This document shows positions 21,301 through 32,900 of a stretch of DNA of 64,000 nucleotides, in pieces. The translations under genes and the position numbers were made by a program. Where the stretch lies: NCBI GenBank assembly GCA_000002445.1, contig CM000207.1, positions 992,001 through 1,056,000 of the forward strand, read 5' to 3'. The notes under the pieces are model-generated. The model ran no database searches and had not been told where the DNA came from. It was given only the letters and a program-made list of their open reading frames with translations. Source of the stretch: Trypanosoma brucei (lineage: Eukaryota). Positions within the stretch are counted from its first letter, which is position 1. Each line of letters begins with the position of its first letter.

Positions 21301-22921
21301 ACAAGTTGATGCAGCACATGCTCAGTATCAGAAATTGCTGGCGGCACACCATGAGGAACGAAAGCAACACACTGTACTACTAGACAGAATGTGGCGTCTT
21401 GAGGAAGAGATGGTTGCCGCCAGGCGTCAGCGGGAGGAGGCACTAGAAAGTATGGCAACGATGATGAAACGTGAAGACTACGAGGCAACAGTTGCCGCAC
21501 TAGACAATGCAAACGCGACGGTGGAGATGTTGGAAGAACGTGTGAAGCAGCAGAGTGCAGTCCAAGGGCTCCAGCAACAAGAGCTGGAGCGCTGCAAGCA
21601 GGAACGCGAGGAGGATGTGCGTCGTCACGCCGAAGAAGCCGCACAGAGGGCTGCTCAGTTTGCCCACAAGGATGAAATCATAGCGCATTACGCGTCGCAG
21701 CAACAGCAGTTGGAGCAGCGCATCAGTGACTTGCAGACGGCAAACCACCAACTGGAGGCGCAGGTACAACAAGGACAATGCGTGATCAATGCGAAGGAAG
21801 AGGAGGTGACAGAGTTACAGAAAAAACTGTGCCGGGCAGAACTTGCGCTGCTAGAGCAGGAATGCACACAAGGGCTGCTTCTCACCATGTTTCCTGGTGA
21901 TGAATTCCTCGAAAAGAACAGTAACCTCATTCACGAGCAAAGACGTGAGAAGGAAGACTTGACGCAACAGGTGGCTTTGCTGAAGGTAGAGCTTGACACT
22001 GCCCGTCAAGACATGACGGAGCAGCGACTACAGCTACAGCAGGCAGTGCAGATGCGACAGGAGGCGGAACTGCTTCTTCAAGAGTTGGTTCTGGGACATA
22101 AAAGAACAGTTGAGGATCCTTTAGACGCGTCGAGCACACAAACCTCTTGTGCGGCCATGGCCTCTGAAACATACCGAGCGGAACTCGAGTCATTGCGGCG
22201 TGCTAATGCATTACTTTTAGTAGAAAAACAGGGGTGGGAAGAGCGGGAGGAACTCCTTCGAAGGCAACTCGACGCGTTGGGTCGTAACCCGGTCAGCGAA
22301 ACTGCCCGGCGCTACGGGTTGCAGGGAACACAGTCATTTGAGGAGCAACTTGAGCAAATGCAAGTGCGTTGTGCCGAGTTGCAACAAAAGCTTGAAGAAG
22401 CGGAGGCTCTTCGGATCACGCTGAAGGAACTGACGGAGGAAAAGGTCCATTTGGCCTCCCAACTGGATGAGTTACAAACCGTTCTCTCCGAGCAGCGAGA
22501 AACTAACAAAGCCCTCGAGAGGGAGATAAAGAAGGTCCATGAACGACTTGTGGAGAAGGAGGAGTCACACGATGCGGTGAAGATAACACTGGCAGAAAAG
22601 GAAGAAATGATCAACAACATCAGCGATGCGATTCGCTCACTGGAGGCTCAAATTAAGAATTTGGACAGGTCTGTGAGCGAAACGGAAAAGGAACGAGACA
22701 AGCTGCTGCAAGATAATGTGAAACTTATTGAAAGTGTGAAAGCGCTAACGGAGGCTGTGAAAAAGAAGGAGGCGGAGCGGAAGGCGGCTCAAGCGGCGTT
22801 GGCACAAGGACTGGCAAGTGCTTCTGCCTCGTCTCAACGACGAAGAGGTCGCACTTCCGGTGGGGCAGGTGGTCCCACTCCCGTTTCCATTACTGGCTCG
22901 CTTGGATTGAAGCCATCGTAG
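18359..22921 (+). CDS. Large coiled-coil protein, 1520 aa (cytoskeletal, flagellar or tether-like architecture).
   Basis: Long stretches of heptad-like E/K/L/Q/R-rich sequence (for example LEEHKKLLEERDRLLHDCSSMRIELQRLHEEVEA and the 21300-22800 region full of EELER.../QLEAQ.../LKELTEEKVHLASQLDELQ), interrupted by S/P-rich linkers. ATG-initiated. Confidence 0.75.
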   Translation: MIAAGNESAMPETAEERVVEAVRAFHSDLCSGLTARAIHESSSNATVALQQLTELHSRTVEDLNDQIDRLQKQLFEAVEVIEKLGAQFARNEDEKSTDDQRSFTVDVLSISHGLETEVEVGQQNTEHACERGREYRPSREELSSDAFATAKSGSSLRDTGVMDDETADPSLLRDLWRGRRTLQQQQQQTWLVDQIKDLTSLLEKVVKENAVYRRELKLLHATSVPLEEHKKLLEERDRLLHDCSSMRIELQRLHEEVEATFDSAHGAHRRQRDFVSSCATASSLSEYKGEGSFPLQMREPEGLVHSLTTPLEGGESNDPDAQFAGGCHSGFDDGALLHTGLWKTAMRELEQQAALAASQLSAAGRLRELDDRVAELTRELDELRASYKELAAEDKCVREDCEQLTFRNAVLSQQVASLLVRVERQCRSIHRLSRQHDEQKEEIETLSESEELTDRGRDVGKVRHRADRGRTAAAARALLERRSAVMGQSPLPSTPTAGRGTGCGVSHVLDVMLPQLEPLQVEGGLRSAVGVFARGPRRSVHLRNLGSPPVTLENTQPPRLPPCEELSGVALGRPSGYATVYPSQLKGQTGPSSVNSKGSFYSETSAASGLVVSEDEEENKRFVELLREDENLERFSINSVKDLLKRNQELLKQLYIMTQRADSVPKQNSSEVAAEEGEKSRSTSDTEAAVPLQRSNRKRRRESTSFSGEEVREQSGKLQRSCEEVGSPDQAVSDSYVQLERHVHEHIDAVLRSHEAQLTLTDKGLASSLIHVIELGREFNTSAGNKHFENWVDVTAKDNIITSLVRLCLQQGIRAADQAIALAAAQQSIDIPSMKDCWCEAQRVLKQSARELQSAASQLQRDNPAITVVEGISSASVSASEKEADEAQLLQSITQLLRTASLREHTVQRVLRLAARRMRATRRACDVSKSAPLQPCEDTQEQCDQPARDKTNETHDVPFGDTDDDWDSDSDGDDGPRQLRLQVDAAHAQYQKLLAAHHEERKQHTVLLDRMWRLEEEMVAARRQREEALESMATMMKREDYEATVAALDNANATVEMLEERVKQQSAVQGLQQQELERCKQEREEDVRRHAEEAAQRAAQFAHKDEIIAHYASQQQQLEQRISDLQTANHQLEAQVQQGQCVINAKEEEVTELQKKLCRAELALLEQECTQGLLLTMFPGDEFLEKNSNLIHEQRREKEDLTQQVALLKVELDTARQDMTEQRLQLQQAVQMRQEAELLLQELVLGHKRTVEDPLDASSTQTSCAAMASETYRAELESLRRANALLLVEKQGWEEREELLRRQLDALGRNPVSETARRYGLQGTQSFEEQLEQMQVRCAELQQKLEEAEALRITLKELTEEKVHLASQLDELQTVLSEQRETNKALEREIKKVHERLVEKEESHDAVKITLAEKEEMINNISDAIRSLEAQIKNLDRSVSETEKERDKLLQDNVKLIESVKALTEAVKKKEAERKAAQAALAQGLASASASSQRRRGRTSGGAGGPTPVSITGSLGLKPS

Positions 22922-22947
22922 TCGTGACGACGAGCACACACCCAAAC

Positions 22948-22963
22948 ATATATATATATATAT
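22948..22963. repeat. (TA)n microsatellite just 3' of the coiled-coil gene.
   Basis: atatatatatatatat. Confidence 0.85.
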
Positions 22964-23333
22964 TATCTATTATATGGAAGCGTTACTGAATAGTTGAGTA
23001 AATCCACCGCTAGAAGAAACATTGTATTCCATTTAGGCACGAAGTCACTGCCTCATACCCCCCCCTTCGTGCTTCGTAAGCACGCTAAGCGCAGATGGTA
23101 TTTGTAATCTTCAACTACCCTTATTTTCGACGATAGAAGTCCTCCTATGATCGCTAATTTCACCCTTTTTTTTTCATTGTCAGATAACATACACAAATAT
23201 TTCTTTTTTTTTTATTCAATTTAAGGGGCATCGGTGGGTCGACATCAATAGGGATCAAAGTTATTTTTTTCTAGTTTCAGTGAGTGTAAAAGTTGAAGGC
23301 AGGGAAAAAGAAGGAAGACTGCAAGAAGAAACC

Positions 23334-24038
23334 ATGACACTGGAGGGCGGCATCAGCGACTGGGAGGTCATCGATGAGTCGGAAGAATCATTCGATGAAA
23401 CTGCGGGTAAACAAACAAATGACCGTTGCGCAAATGTTGTTGTTGTTGGATATGGCAACAATGATTGTGACGACGATGAAAACACTGGCAAGCTTTTGTC
23501 GTCGACGGATTCCTTTAGTTTAGCAGGCACTCCTCGTGAGCGCAGTAATCTAAAAGATGAGGAGGAAACCCGGCGGCAGAGAAATGCTGTAAGGATGGCG
23601 GACCTGAACACGAACGCCACCACTGAAGTGGATAACGAAACACATGATGAATTAGCTGAAATAAAAGAGCTTTGTGCGGTGCAGCAGGAACAACTGAAGC
23701 GGCAGGCTGAGGAAATACGTGAACTGAAGGAACGCCTCAATGAGAGGGCAATGCATTCAGAAGAGCGCACTAGAATTATTGAGGCGCAGAGTAAGAGGAT
23801 CGGTTGTCTTCTTAGGGTGGTAGAGCGACTAAAAAGCCGAGAGTCCAGTAAAGTTTTCTACCAAGATGAGGAAAATGCTGAATTGCAAATGGGGCTCGAG
23901 CATTTGAAGGTTGGCACGAATAATTCTCACCACCATGCACCAATGTTTAATACAGCCCCGCCACAGCGAAGGGCTTTGATATTCGAATGTCGCAAGCAGC
24001 CGAGCGATTGGGAAACGCCGATTGGCGAAGGGGCCTAA
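23334..24038 (+). CDS. Hypothetical small acidic coiled-coil protein, about 234 aa.
   Basis: First ATG in a frame that the track opens at a GTG (23280). Central predicted coiled coil: ELAEIKELCAVQQEQLKRQAEEIRELKERLNERAM. Confidence 0.4.
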   Translation: MTLEGGISDWEVIDESEESFDETAGKQTNDRCANVVVVGYGNNDCDDDENTGKLLSSTDSFSLAGTPRERSNLKDEEETRRQRNAVRMADLNTNATTEVDNETHDELAEIKELCAVQQEQLKRQAEEIRELKERLNERAMHSEERTRIIEAQSKRIGCLLRVVERLKSRESSKVFYQDEENAELQMGLEHLKVGTNNSHHHAPMFNTAPPQRRALIFECRKQPSDWETPIGEGA

Positions 24039-24952
24039 GGAGCCAAACAAATTGATAAAGTGCGAGTGTTTCGTTCCAGCACGAAAAATGGGTTCCGGAA
24101 GGGGAGCTTCAGAGGAGCGTAAAGTGTTTTCCCATTTCCCATGTGTATGTACGAAATCAATTATAAGTTGTGTGGGAAAACTGTAGTAGAAGAGGAAAAC
24201 GAGAAGATTTGGAGGAAAGTTTCGTTAAGCCAAAACAAGAAAGAGGTGGAAAAAGAAAACAGTAATTTTTAAATCTCTTTATTTCATTATTGAAAGGATT
24301 TCTGCCTTTTAATTTCCCTCTGTCCTTTCTTTTTTCCTTTGGTTCTTGCTTTACCGTATGAACAAACTCCACAAACAGGAAGTAGAGGTGAAAAAGAGGA
24401 AAGTATTGTAGTAATAATAGCACAACGAAACAAAATAAGAAGCAGAAAACTTTCTTCGAAGGCGAATGTAAGGGGAAGAAGCAAAAATACCGTAAAAGAA
24501 AAATAGCGACCGATGATAGAAAGGGGGGAGGAACAGGGCACAAAGCACATGGTTTTGACTTGGTGAAGCGAAGTGAAACTTGACGGTTTGGTGAACGTTC
24601 TCGTTTTCATTTTCCGCGTGCATGCGTTTGGGTGTGCTTGCATTTTGATTCGTTTTTTTCTTTTTTTTTGTACAAATAAACTATACATATGCGAAGGTAC
24701 GCATGTCCTCCGTGAGTTCGGCTGCGGTCAAGAGTGCGTTGAAGGGTCGATGGTGTGTCAAACGTTCCCCCTGGATCGTTTATTAACGTTTTGTTGTCAC
24801 TAAATTTACCATACTTTTTTCTTCCTCCTTTCCTAATGTTAAGAGGTTTGATCACCACCTATTTTTTTTTCTACTTCACATATATATGTATATCGGTGTG
24901 TGTTAGCTAATATATGGGTATTTGCTTGCTTTATTATTATTATCATCATCAT

Positions 24953-24985
24953 TATATATAGATATATAGATATATAGATATATAT
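24953..24985. repeat. (TATAGA)n / (TA)n compound microsatellite.
   Basis: tatatatagatatatagatatatagatatatat. Confidence 0.85.
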
Positions 24986-25959
24986 TCTAGTTAACTGTGG
25001 AGTGGTGCGGTCCACGCGCACACAGAAATGCCACTCACTTTGCTCCTTCATCCTTTTTTTTGTTTAATTAACTGCCACGACACTCACCAGAATTTTATGT
25101 TTCCACATCTTGTTTACTTGTTGTTTTTTATGATTTTGGAGTTCGTTGATTCCTCCACTGTAACTTATCACCGCGGCACCACTGCCCGACATATAACCGT
25201 TGAGCGAAGGGAGGAGGAAAATAGGAACGAAAAAGTACATCTCATGGCTTACTTATGCGCCTTATTACATATTGGTGTTTATGACTCATTGGGCTTCGTT
25301 CCTCATTCCTTTCTCTTCTCTTTTTTCTCTCTTCTAGTTTTAAGTGTAGTTTTTTTTTTGTCATTTATGTCTCGTTCTGTTTCTTCTTTTCCTTCACGCA
25401 ACTTCTCACGACTCCTGAGTGAGGTGTGATGCTTGTCATTTATTTAAATAAACTTCTTGTGGCAGAAAATGGGATGATGTGAGTGGCCTTTTTACTCCGG
25501 CTGCTTTGAAGAGGGTCACTTAAGTTGGCTCGGATGCAACGAAAGAAGAAAATTCTGAGGAGAAGTGACGCCGTGATGGCGACATGTGTTAGGAATATGG
25601 TGTTGTTGTTTGCGCCTTTTCATTTGACGAACATTAAGTTTAATTTTATTCTTGGGAGATGGGGGTGGGGGGTGGATTTCGATTGCGTGCAGCTGTAGGG
25701 ACCTCAGGTCCTGAGTGTATTTTGCCAGTCCTGACTAATATAATATTCGCACAATTAAGCATACGTATTATGTATATCTCAGCTGCTGTAGTCGTCCTGC
25801 TATTACTTTTGCTTTGCGTTTTGTTTCCATCTCACATATAAAATACAATTACCATCGTTGTCAAAATTGGAACGCACTACACGACTCATTGAGAACCTTT
25901 GTCGTAGCTGCCGCGGTCAATCGTGCTGCAGTAACTGTTTTTTTTTTTCTACCCCTGAC

Positions 25960-27960
25960 ATGTCAGTGAGCGGTGTGTTCAGCAAAGGCCGTGGCATTGG
26001 TCACGAGGCGGCCACCTCCATCCTTCGTTATATTCCACGTGCACGTGTACCATGGCAGCCAAGTCGCTTTGGGCGTGAGAATCTCACAGCCGCGGATATG
26101 GCGCGACTCTGGAGTCGGGGCCGATACCGTGACGGGCCTGGCAATTACAACAGCGGATACTGCACAGAGCGCACGCATGTGCTCGAAGAAAACACTGTCT
26201 CAATCATACCGAGGCGGGAATTGGAAAAATATATGCCGGACATTACAATCGGCCCGAAGGCATTAGTTACACCAGTTTCATTGATGAATGCACGGAACGG
26301 TCATCGCGTGACGCACGACCTGTTGCATTCATACGACCCACACATTGGTCGACTTGGTAAACCGGCTGTTGTTGATCATGACAACATTACCGTGGAGGAC
26401 CCCAACCGTGTTGGCCTTAATGCAGCGACACTTGACTGTAGGGGGCGTATTTATCGGTGGCTGCGCCGCGGCCCCTTCTTTCAGGTGGACAATTACTTCC
26501 GTCGGTCGGTGAAACTTAATCGAGACGGGACGCTTCCAACCGATTTTGTGCATGAGGCGCCGTTGATGCGCAAGATTATTCGGCTTGCACACCGTGGGCA
26601 TTTAAAGGCAGCGTGTGAAGAGTACCGTCGTGTAACGACAGTTCCACCCGTGGAGGTTTACCGTGCGCTAACGGCCTGCTGTGTACCGGGTGCCAAACTT
26701 GCAGATGCGGTGTCCATATTTGAGGATGGTAACTCGAAACTATTCTATGTGTCGCGAGATGGGGAGGTACTCCACAACCTCATGCGATGCGCCATTGCGG
26801 CACGGCATCGCGCGCGTATAATGTGGGTGTACAATGTAATGCGTGGTCGATTCTACGAAAACGTTGTTGTGCGCGCAGAAGTGGATCTCATATGGCGTTA
26901 CCGCATTGCAATGATCGCGCTTGAATACCTGCTCGACCACGAATGCGCTGAGGAGGCGGCCGCTATTTACAGCTATCTTGTTGAAGAAGAACTGTTGCGC
27001 TGCGATGTGCACGTCCGAGTCGGTCTCCACATGCGCGAGGCAATTGCAGCGGGGAAGCCAATAACGTTGAATGACGACGTAATGAATGCTACATCGCTTG
27101 TCAGGGATGCGACGGCCGTCGCACCTGAGGTGGCCCGTGAGCTGCAACGCCGCCACGCACAGACGCTTCAAAATAGCGCTGTTGAAGCCGTGGGCGCGGA
27201 AAATGTGAGAGAGGGATCCGCCCCTTGGTCTATTCTTGGTCCCCTCACGGCTATTGGACCAACAGCGGAGGATACCATGGTTTGGTTACAGCAACACTAC
27301 GGTGATGTCGATGTTATGAGTATTATGCGGTGGGCCCGTTTTAGGAAAGGGAAGGATTTGATGGCGAAGGACCGTCCACAGTATCTTGCGCGCGCCGCCG
27401 CATGGATTGAGCTCCTCAGCAAACGTAACCGTGAGATGGAAGAGGTGCCTTTGACCTACATGCGCAAATCTAAACCACTGGTGCTGGGCACGAACTCTAA
27501 CGTGCGGGTGGCCTGGCAAACACCGTTGATGAGAAGCGGTGGGCCACCAAGGCTGCTCGCCAGGGAGGAAGGCTACGTGTTTCACCACAGCAATAGTTCT
27601 CGCTTTGTAGAGGAAACCTACCGCCACCCGGGCGAATCGTTGCAGTCACGTTACCTGGCTCTTCAACCTCTGCACACGGAGGTATCTGTAAAAGAGGACT
27701 TTCAACGGCTCTATTACCAAGCGCAGAAGCATCACAAACAACAGGAACGTTTACTTCCTGTATCAACAGCAGCGATCCCGTCTCGTATCGTACACCATTC
27801 GGTGATGAGCGCTCTGCACGGTGTAAGTGGGAAAGGTGAGCCAGCAAACCGCAGCTTGTTCACTGGTAATAGGAGTAATGACAGTCATTCCAACACTGGC
27901 GTCGCTAGTGGTACCAGCGCCTGCACCGACGGTGCGGGAAGCGCGACTCCGGAGTTTTAG
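25960..27960 (+). CDS. Hypothetical protein of about 666 aa (possibly helical-repeat; function unknown).
   Basis: First ATG of a long + ORF (the track starts at TTG 25858). A T13 polypyrimidine run sits immediately upstream of the ATG, so the true start could lie further downstream. Confidence 0.55.
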   Translation: MSVSGVFSKGRGIGHEAATSILRYIPRARVPWQPSRFGRENLTAADMARLWSRGRYRDGPGNYNSGYCTERTHVLEENTVSIIPRRELEKYMPDITIGPKALVTPVSLMNARNGHRVTHDLLHSYDPHIGRLGKPAVVDHDNITVEDPNRVGLNAATLDCRGRIYRWLRRGPFFQVDNYFRRSVKLNRDGTLPTDFVHEAPLMRKIIRLAHRGHLKAACEEYRRVTTVPPVEVYRALTACCVPGAKLADAVSIFEDGNSKLFYVSRDGEVLHNLMRCAIAARHRARIMWVYNVMRGRFYENVVVRAEVDLIWRYRIAMIALEYLLDHECAEEAAAIYSYLVEEELLRCDVHVRVGLHMREAIAAGKPITLNDDVMNATSLVRDATAVAPEVARELQRRHAQTLQNSAVEAVGAENVREGSAPWSILGPLTAIGPTAEDTMVWLQQHYGDVDVMSIMRWARFRKGKDLMAKDRPQYLARAAAWIELLSKRNREMEEVPLTYMRKSKPLVLGTNSNVRVAWQTPLMRSGGPPRLLAREEGYVFHHSNSSRFVEETYRHPGESLQSRYLALQPLHTEVSVKEDFQRLYYQAQKHHKQQERLLPVSTAAIPSRIVHHSVMSALHGVSGKGEPANRSLFTGNRSNDSHSNTGVASGTSACTDGAGSATPEF

Positions 27961-29909
27961 GTCAGGTGTATTTGGAGTGACGCATATTCGTGCAAGTGTA
28001 ATTCACATATATGTAAACGTTGGAGGTTTTAATATATAGGGAAGGGAAACTATTTTCCTACACTCTGAGAGTGTAAGATTACGAAGGAGAAGGAAGTTAC
28101 CTGGATATCTTGCGCTGGTTTTGTTCCTCCGTGTGCCACGTGATGTGGGACGGACTCTCGGGAATTGGAGCGATCGCATGTGATAAGGACAACTATCGGA
28201 GTGAGAGACTAAACCATTTCGTCCTGTTCCAGCCCCAAATTTGTTGGCGTGTGCGGGGCACTTTACTTACCGAATTTAATAACTGTGCCACATGCCCGGA
28301 GAATCGTGTGCGCGAAGGTATGCCAGCTATATTCTTCATTTTTCCTTTCCTGTTTTCACTGCATTTCTCCCCGCTACTCACATGGTGTATGTACTAGGTG
28401 TGAACTGTTGAATAACTCAGCTGCTTTTTGTTTTTGGAAAGATGCTGAATCGGCACGGTACCCGACTGGATATTGGAACCCCAGAGGATGTGGCTGAGTT
28501 GGATGCTGCAGAGGCGCTCCGGCGGCAGTACGATGGTGCCCCATACCCCAATTGCCCTGGTGGTAGTTCCGTTCCCCTACAGGAAAGAGATGCGAGTTGC
28601 TTTGAGCGACATTGTTATCCTCAGTATTATTCTCATCACCCTCAACAACAGCAACAGCCGCCATCGCAGCAATGAGGGCGGAGGCGAACGCATTTATTGC
28701 AAAACTAATCTCTGCACTGGGAGGAGTGTGTAATTAGAGCGCCGGGAAGTCAATTCCTCACCTCTATAATGAGTGCGGTGGGACCATACAAACTCAAAGG
28801 GGCGAGGCGCCGATTTCCCGATACTTATGGAGAAAGTGGCTGGAGGATGGAGTTGTCAAGTATTTATTGATCTTACGGTTTGTAACCTGAGGTTAATGTG
28901 TGTGGCGGGCAGTGCCGCACGTTCCCCTACTCGTTCTGCATGACGGGTTGTCACCATCAATGGTCTCAATTTGCCCCTCCAGTTGCTTGTATACCCGTAG
29001 GATATAGGGAAGAAAAAATATATCCATCAACCGCTAGATGTGGAAATATCGCAATAGACTTGCCGCATCCGACCAGGCTGATTTCCACAGTCTGATCCCG
29101 TATGGGTGTCGTCCCTGCATGGTATCCCCGTGAGGTTTACTCTCTTCGATACAACACTTCCTCCCCTACCCCCCCCCCTTGTCCTTCCTCTCACTCATTG
29201 GCAGTCAATGATTTACTTCCTTCCTCGATCTGATTTCCTTCGTGGGGTTCACAACGCAGCGAAAGAAACAGCCAGTATATACGTATTTGCCATGAGCTCC
29301 ATTCTTACCGCGTGTATCTGAAAATGTGACTGCAATCAGTTCTTGACTCGTTTGCTCCGTTTCCCCCTCCCTCCCCCCCCCCACAGTTGTTGGGGAAATC
29401 CTCCTGTACGTTGCGTTCGTGAAACGAAGTCGGAAAGGTTCTCATCCCTTCACTAGAGCCTTCGACGCTCGGAACTTGTTCCACACCGTGAGTTCTGAAG
29501 GTGTGACACAGGGGAAAGATATCTCTGGAGATAATTAATCCTGACTTGCTGTAGTAACCTTGGTTTCATTGTCTAATGTGGGTTGGTGTTTGCCAGATCA
29601 GCCGTGAAGTGTATGTCCTTTTCTTCCTTATCGGTTGTGAGATCAGCTATTGAGGGTGCTCAAGTCAGCTTACTCGGGAGAAGGCGTGCGCTTCGCTGCA
29701 TATTACTGTGGGGTGGATGATGGTTCCTGTCGGCCGGCTACTTCTCTCTTCCCTTCTGTTTCATCGCTCCAAGAGAATTTCGACAGTAAGGGACTTTAGT
29801 GTCACGGGGAACGGGAGACTGGGAATAAAAGAGAAAAAAGAGAAGGGTCTGGGTCTCAAAAGCAGTGACACACTCGAACTTGTGGTGAGGCCACACGACC
29901 ACCCAGTCA

Positions 29910-32900
29910 ATGGGGAACGCACAGGACATTCCTAATTCATTCCGCCGTACCGTGGTTTCCCTGCATTACAGGGAAAGTCCTTTTTCTGGGGATGACGATG
30001 AAGTATCGCAACTTTGCCGAACGATATTCTGCACGCGTTTAACCGCTGACGAGTTTGCTTGTTATTGGACTGCGGAAGATGTCAGGCAGCTACGGCTCTA
30101 CCACCCGAATCGACTCGCCACCATTTTATTATTGGCTATGAGGCAGTTGGAGGACTTTGTTGCAATCAGCAGAGACCCAAATGAAAAGTGGGGTAACGAC
30201 AATCCTCTTCAGCACCCGGTGCGTAAGAGTACCTTTAGTGGCAGCGGTGCAACATCTGGAATAACGGAGGAATCCCCGCGACGGAGCGCGAAACGCAGGC
30301 CGCCAGTAGACTTCACCGCTGCAATCAACGCCCTTCGGCTCATTGCGGGGTCGCTGCCGTATTGTTTTGAAGATATCGACCTCTTGAGGGCAGTGGTGCA
30401 AAGTGACGAGGAAGAGGCATCCAAGGACGAGCTCAACGTCATCATTACCTCGCAGCGCACGCGTGAACTTATGGGAATGGACGACCGAACGGAGAGTCCA
30501 CTTGCCGCGGGTTTTGCCCACCACTTCTTTGTCCAAGGTGGTAAGTGCTTCATGAACAACGAGCCAGGAGCACACCGATGTTTCTACGCTGATTTATTAG
30601 ATGAAGAGAAACCTAACCCACCCACCACGCCGCTCGGTTTCCGTCTTGTCGAGCTACTGGTGAAACTTTTCTTCGTGCCCAAATTCTCACAAATGGAACC
30701 GATGAAAATGGCGCCGTCAATGATGGAGGAACTGCGGGGGAGCTTAGCTTATGACCTGAAATTGCTATCTCTGACGAGAGCGTTGGTGCCTCAAAACTTC
30801 GGTAGTACCGAGGATATTAACGAAGACGATGAGTGCTGGATGTTTTCCTTTGAGGGTACTTATGTCAAGGAAGCACGTAGCTTAGTGCTTCGCGCAATTC
30901 TACTGACCATCTCCGTACCCATATTTTACACGCCGTCATGCCTGAGCGACGCGCAAAGCAGGGAGCCCCAAGGGAATGAAGGCAGCTGCTCCCATGAGTC
31001 GTCAGGGGTGATGTATGAGGAAGTGAGTGATGTGATGCTTAGTGGGCTCTTCGACGTAAACGAGCGACCCTTGTTGGTGAAGTTTTTCGTACTCCTCCTG
31101 CATGTTGTGCGGTGCTGCCCGAAATGGCCTGTCACGGTTCCTTCTCTCCGTGGAATGTGGGCGGCGAGACCAACTCTCACAGCAGACAACGTTGACGTGC
31201 TCAGTCATTCACTTGCAATACTCGCCGCTGGTTTTTACACCGGTCCATACGTTGCTTCCCAGCGGTACGTCCATCGGGGAGAAAAGCCCGTGCGCGTGCC
31301 GAGCGTTCTGTATGGAATCATGCATCAAGTGATTGGTTCGAATTTCGTTCCGTGGAAGATCTTACAGGGCACGGGACTGGAGGGAATTCCTGCTTCACCT
31401 GTTGTTGCTGATCCATATGAGGTGGGATCGTCTGGAATGGGATGTAGCAGTGCCACGAAAGAGCCGCATGATTGTGACGGTCTACCAGATTATGCAAGGA
31501 GCTTTGCCGATGGCGTGCTGGCTCTACTGGAGGCACCTTTGATAGCAGGCAGTTCAAGCATTCCGAAACCAGAGGCACCGTGCTCATCGTTGGGTCTGCA
31601 TCTAATGTTGTGGCTGTTGCAGCACAGCGAAGCAGCCATTAACGCTGTTGGACGCAAACCACGATTATTGTTGGTTCTCGTACAGACTATTCATGTCGTC
31701 GGCACCCAATACCCGAGTTATCTTGGCGAAGGTCAAATCGCATTACTTTGCTTTCTTCGACTACTCCGGCACCAACCGTTTCTACGACTTCTATTGGAGC
31801 ACCTCCCCACGGATGGAGACGCAGACCTCACACGTGAGGGAAAGGTGAACGCCACACAATTTTTGCGTGAGCTCCGAGTCGCAATGCCAACTTTACCGAA
31901 TAAACTTGTTATCACGTCCAATATGAGCCCAGACAAGAGACGACAAATCGAGTGGCAGTCAGACGAGGTGCTTTGCATCCGTACATACTGTGATGTTCTT
32001 GTACTCACGCTGTGTTACGTAGTGGCACCCGGTTCCCCTTCTTGGTTCAGTAATTTGCACAGAACGGCTGTCGAGGTGCTGCACACGCTGCAAGTATACC
32101 TTCCTAAGGCAACAGGGCGGTTCCCGCTTGACGTTCTTAGTGAACACATCGTGTTCGAGGTTGCCGGAAGTTTCAACCACATCTGTTCCCCTCGTGTACT
32201 GATGACGGGGGCTGACGCGCAGCTAGCCTGTTTTAATATGATCAAGGCGGTTTCTTTTATGCTTGAGGCAGCGATTGCACACATTAACGGTGGCAGCGGT
32301 GCAGCACTACTTAAAAATCAGGAACATGAGGATGTGGAATGCAAAGGTGGGGAAAGTAATATCGTGGCGCTTCTTTGGTTGCTGGTTACCCAAGGGGGGT
32401 TGTCAGAACTTACAAAACACATACAAACACAGTTGGACAGCAAAACCAAAGCGGCTGCTGGTGGTTCCTCTTATGCCGAGCCCTGCAGTGGCAAACTAGG
32501 TGATGGTACGGGGGTGGGAGTTTTAAAAGAACTGTTGCACAGTGATGAGTTTAACTTTCTTCGTCGTGTGACTAATGAAGTAGCTCAAAAGTTAAAGGAT
32601 GCACTAGAAGATTCATCGGGAAGGGGCAATGGGACAGAGAAAACAACAGAGGTCGATATAGAACCATGCCACGAGGGGGAGAGATGGATGAAGTCAAGTG
32701 GTAAACGTCTCTGGTTTGAGCGTGATGATAAGCTTTTTCAAAAAGTGTTGGAAGTCGGTTCGAGCGTAGTAAATGAGAAAGAACAGGAACGCCGTGAGAA
32801 GGGGAGGTTGGGAGGAGAATTCGTCACTTCCCCTGTTGCGTTGCGTGAGGCGTCAGTGCCTTTTGAAGGTGCCGCTAAGCGATGGCTGCTCCGCCAGTTG

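Noticed and set aside
31320-31345. tRNA-like T-arm motif ggttcgaat found while scanning for tRNA genes.
   Set aside because: It lies inside the 1021-aa coding sequence, with no acceptor-stem or anticodon-arm complementarity around it. No convincing tRNA, rRNA or SL RNA gene was found anywhere in the window.
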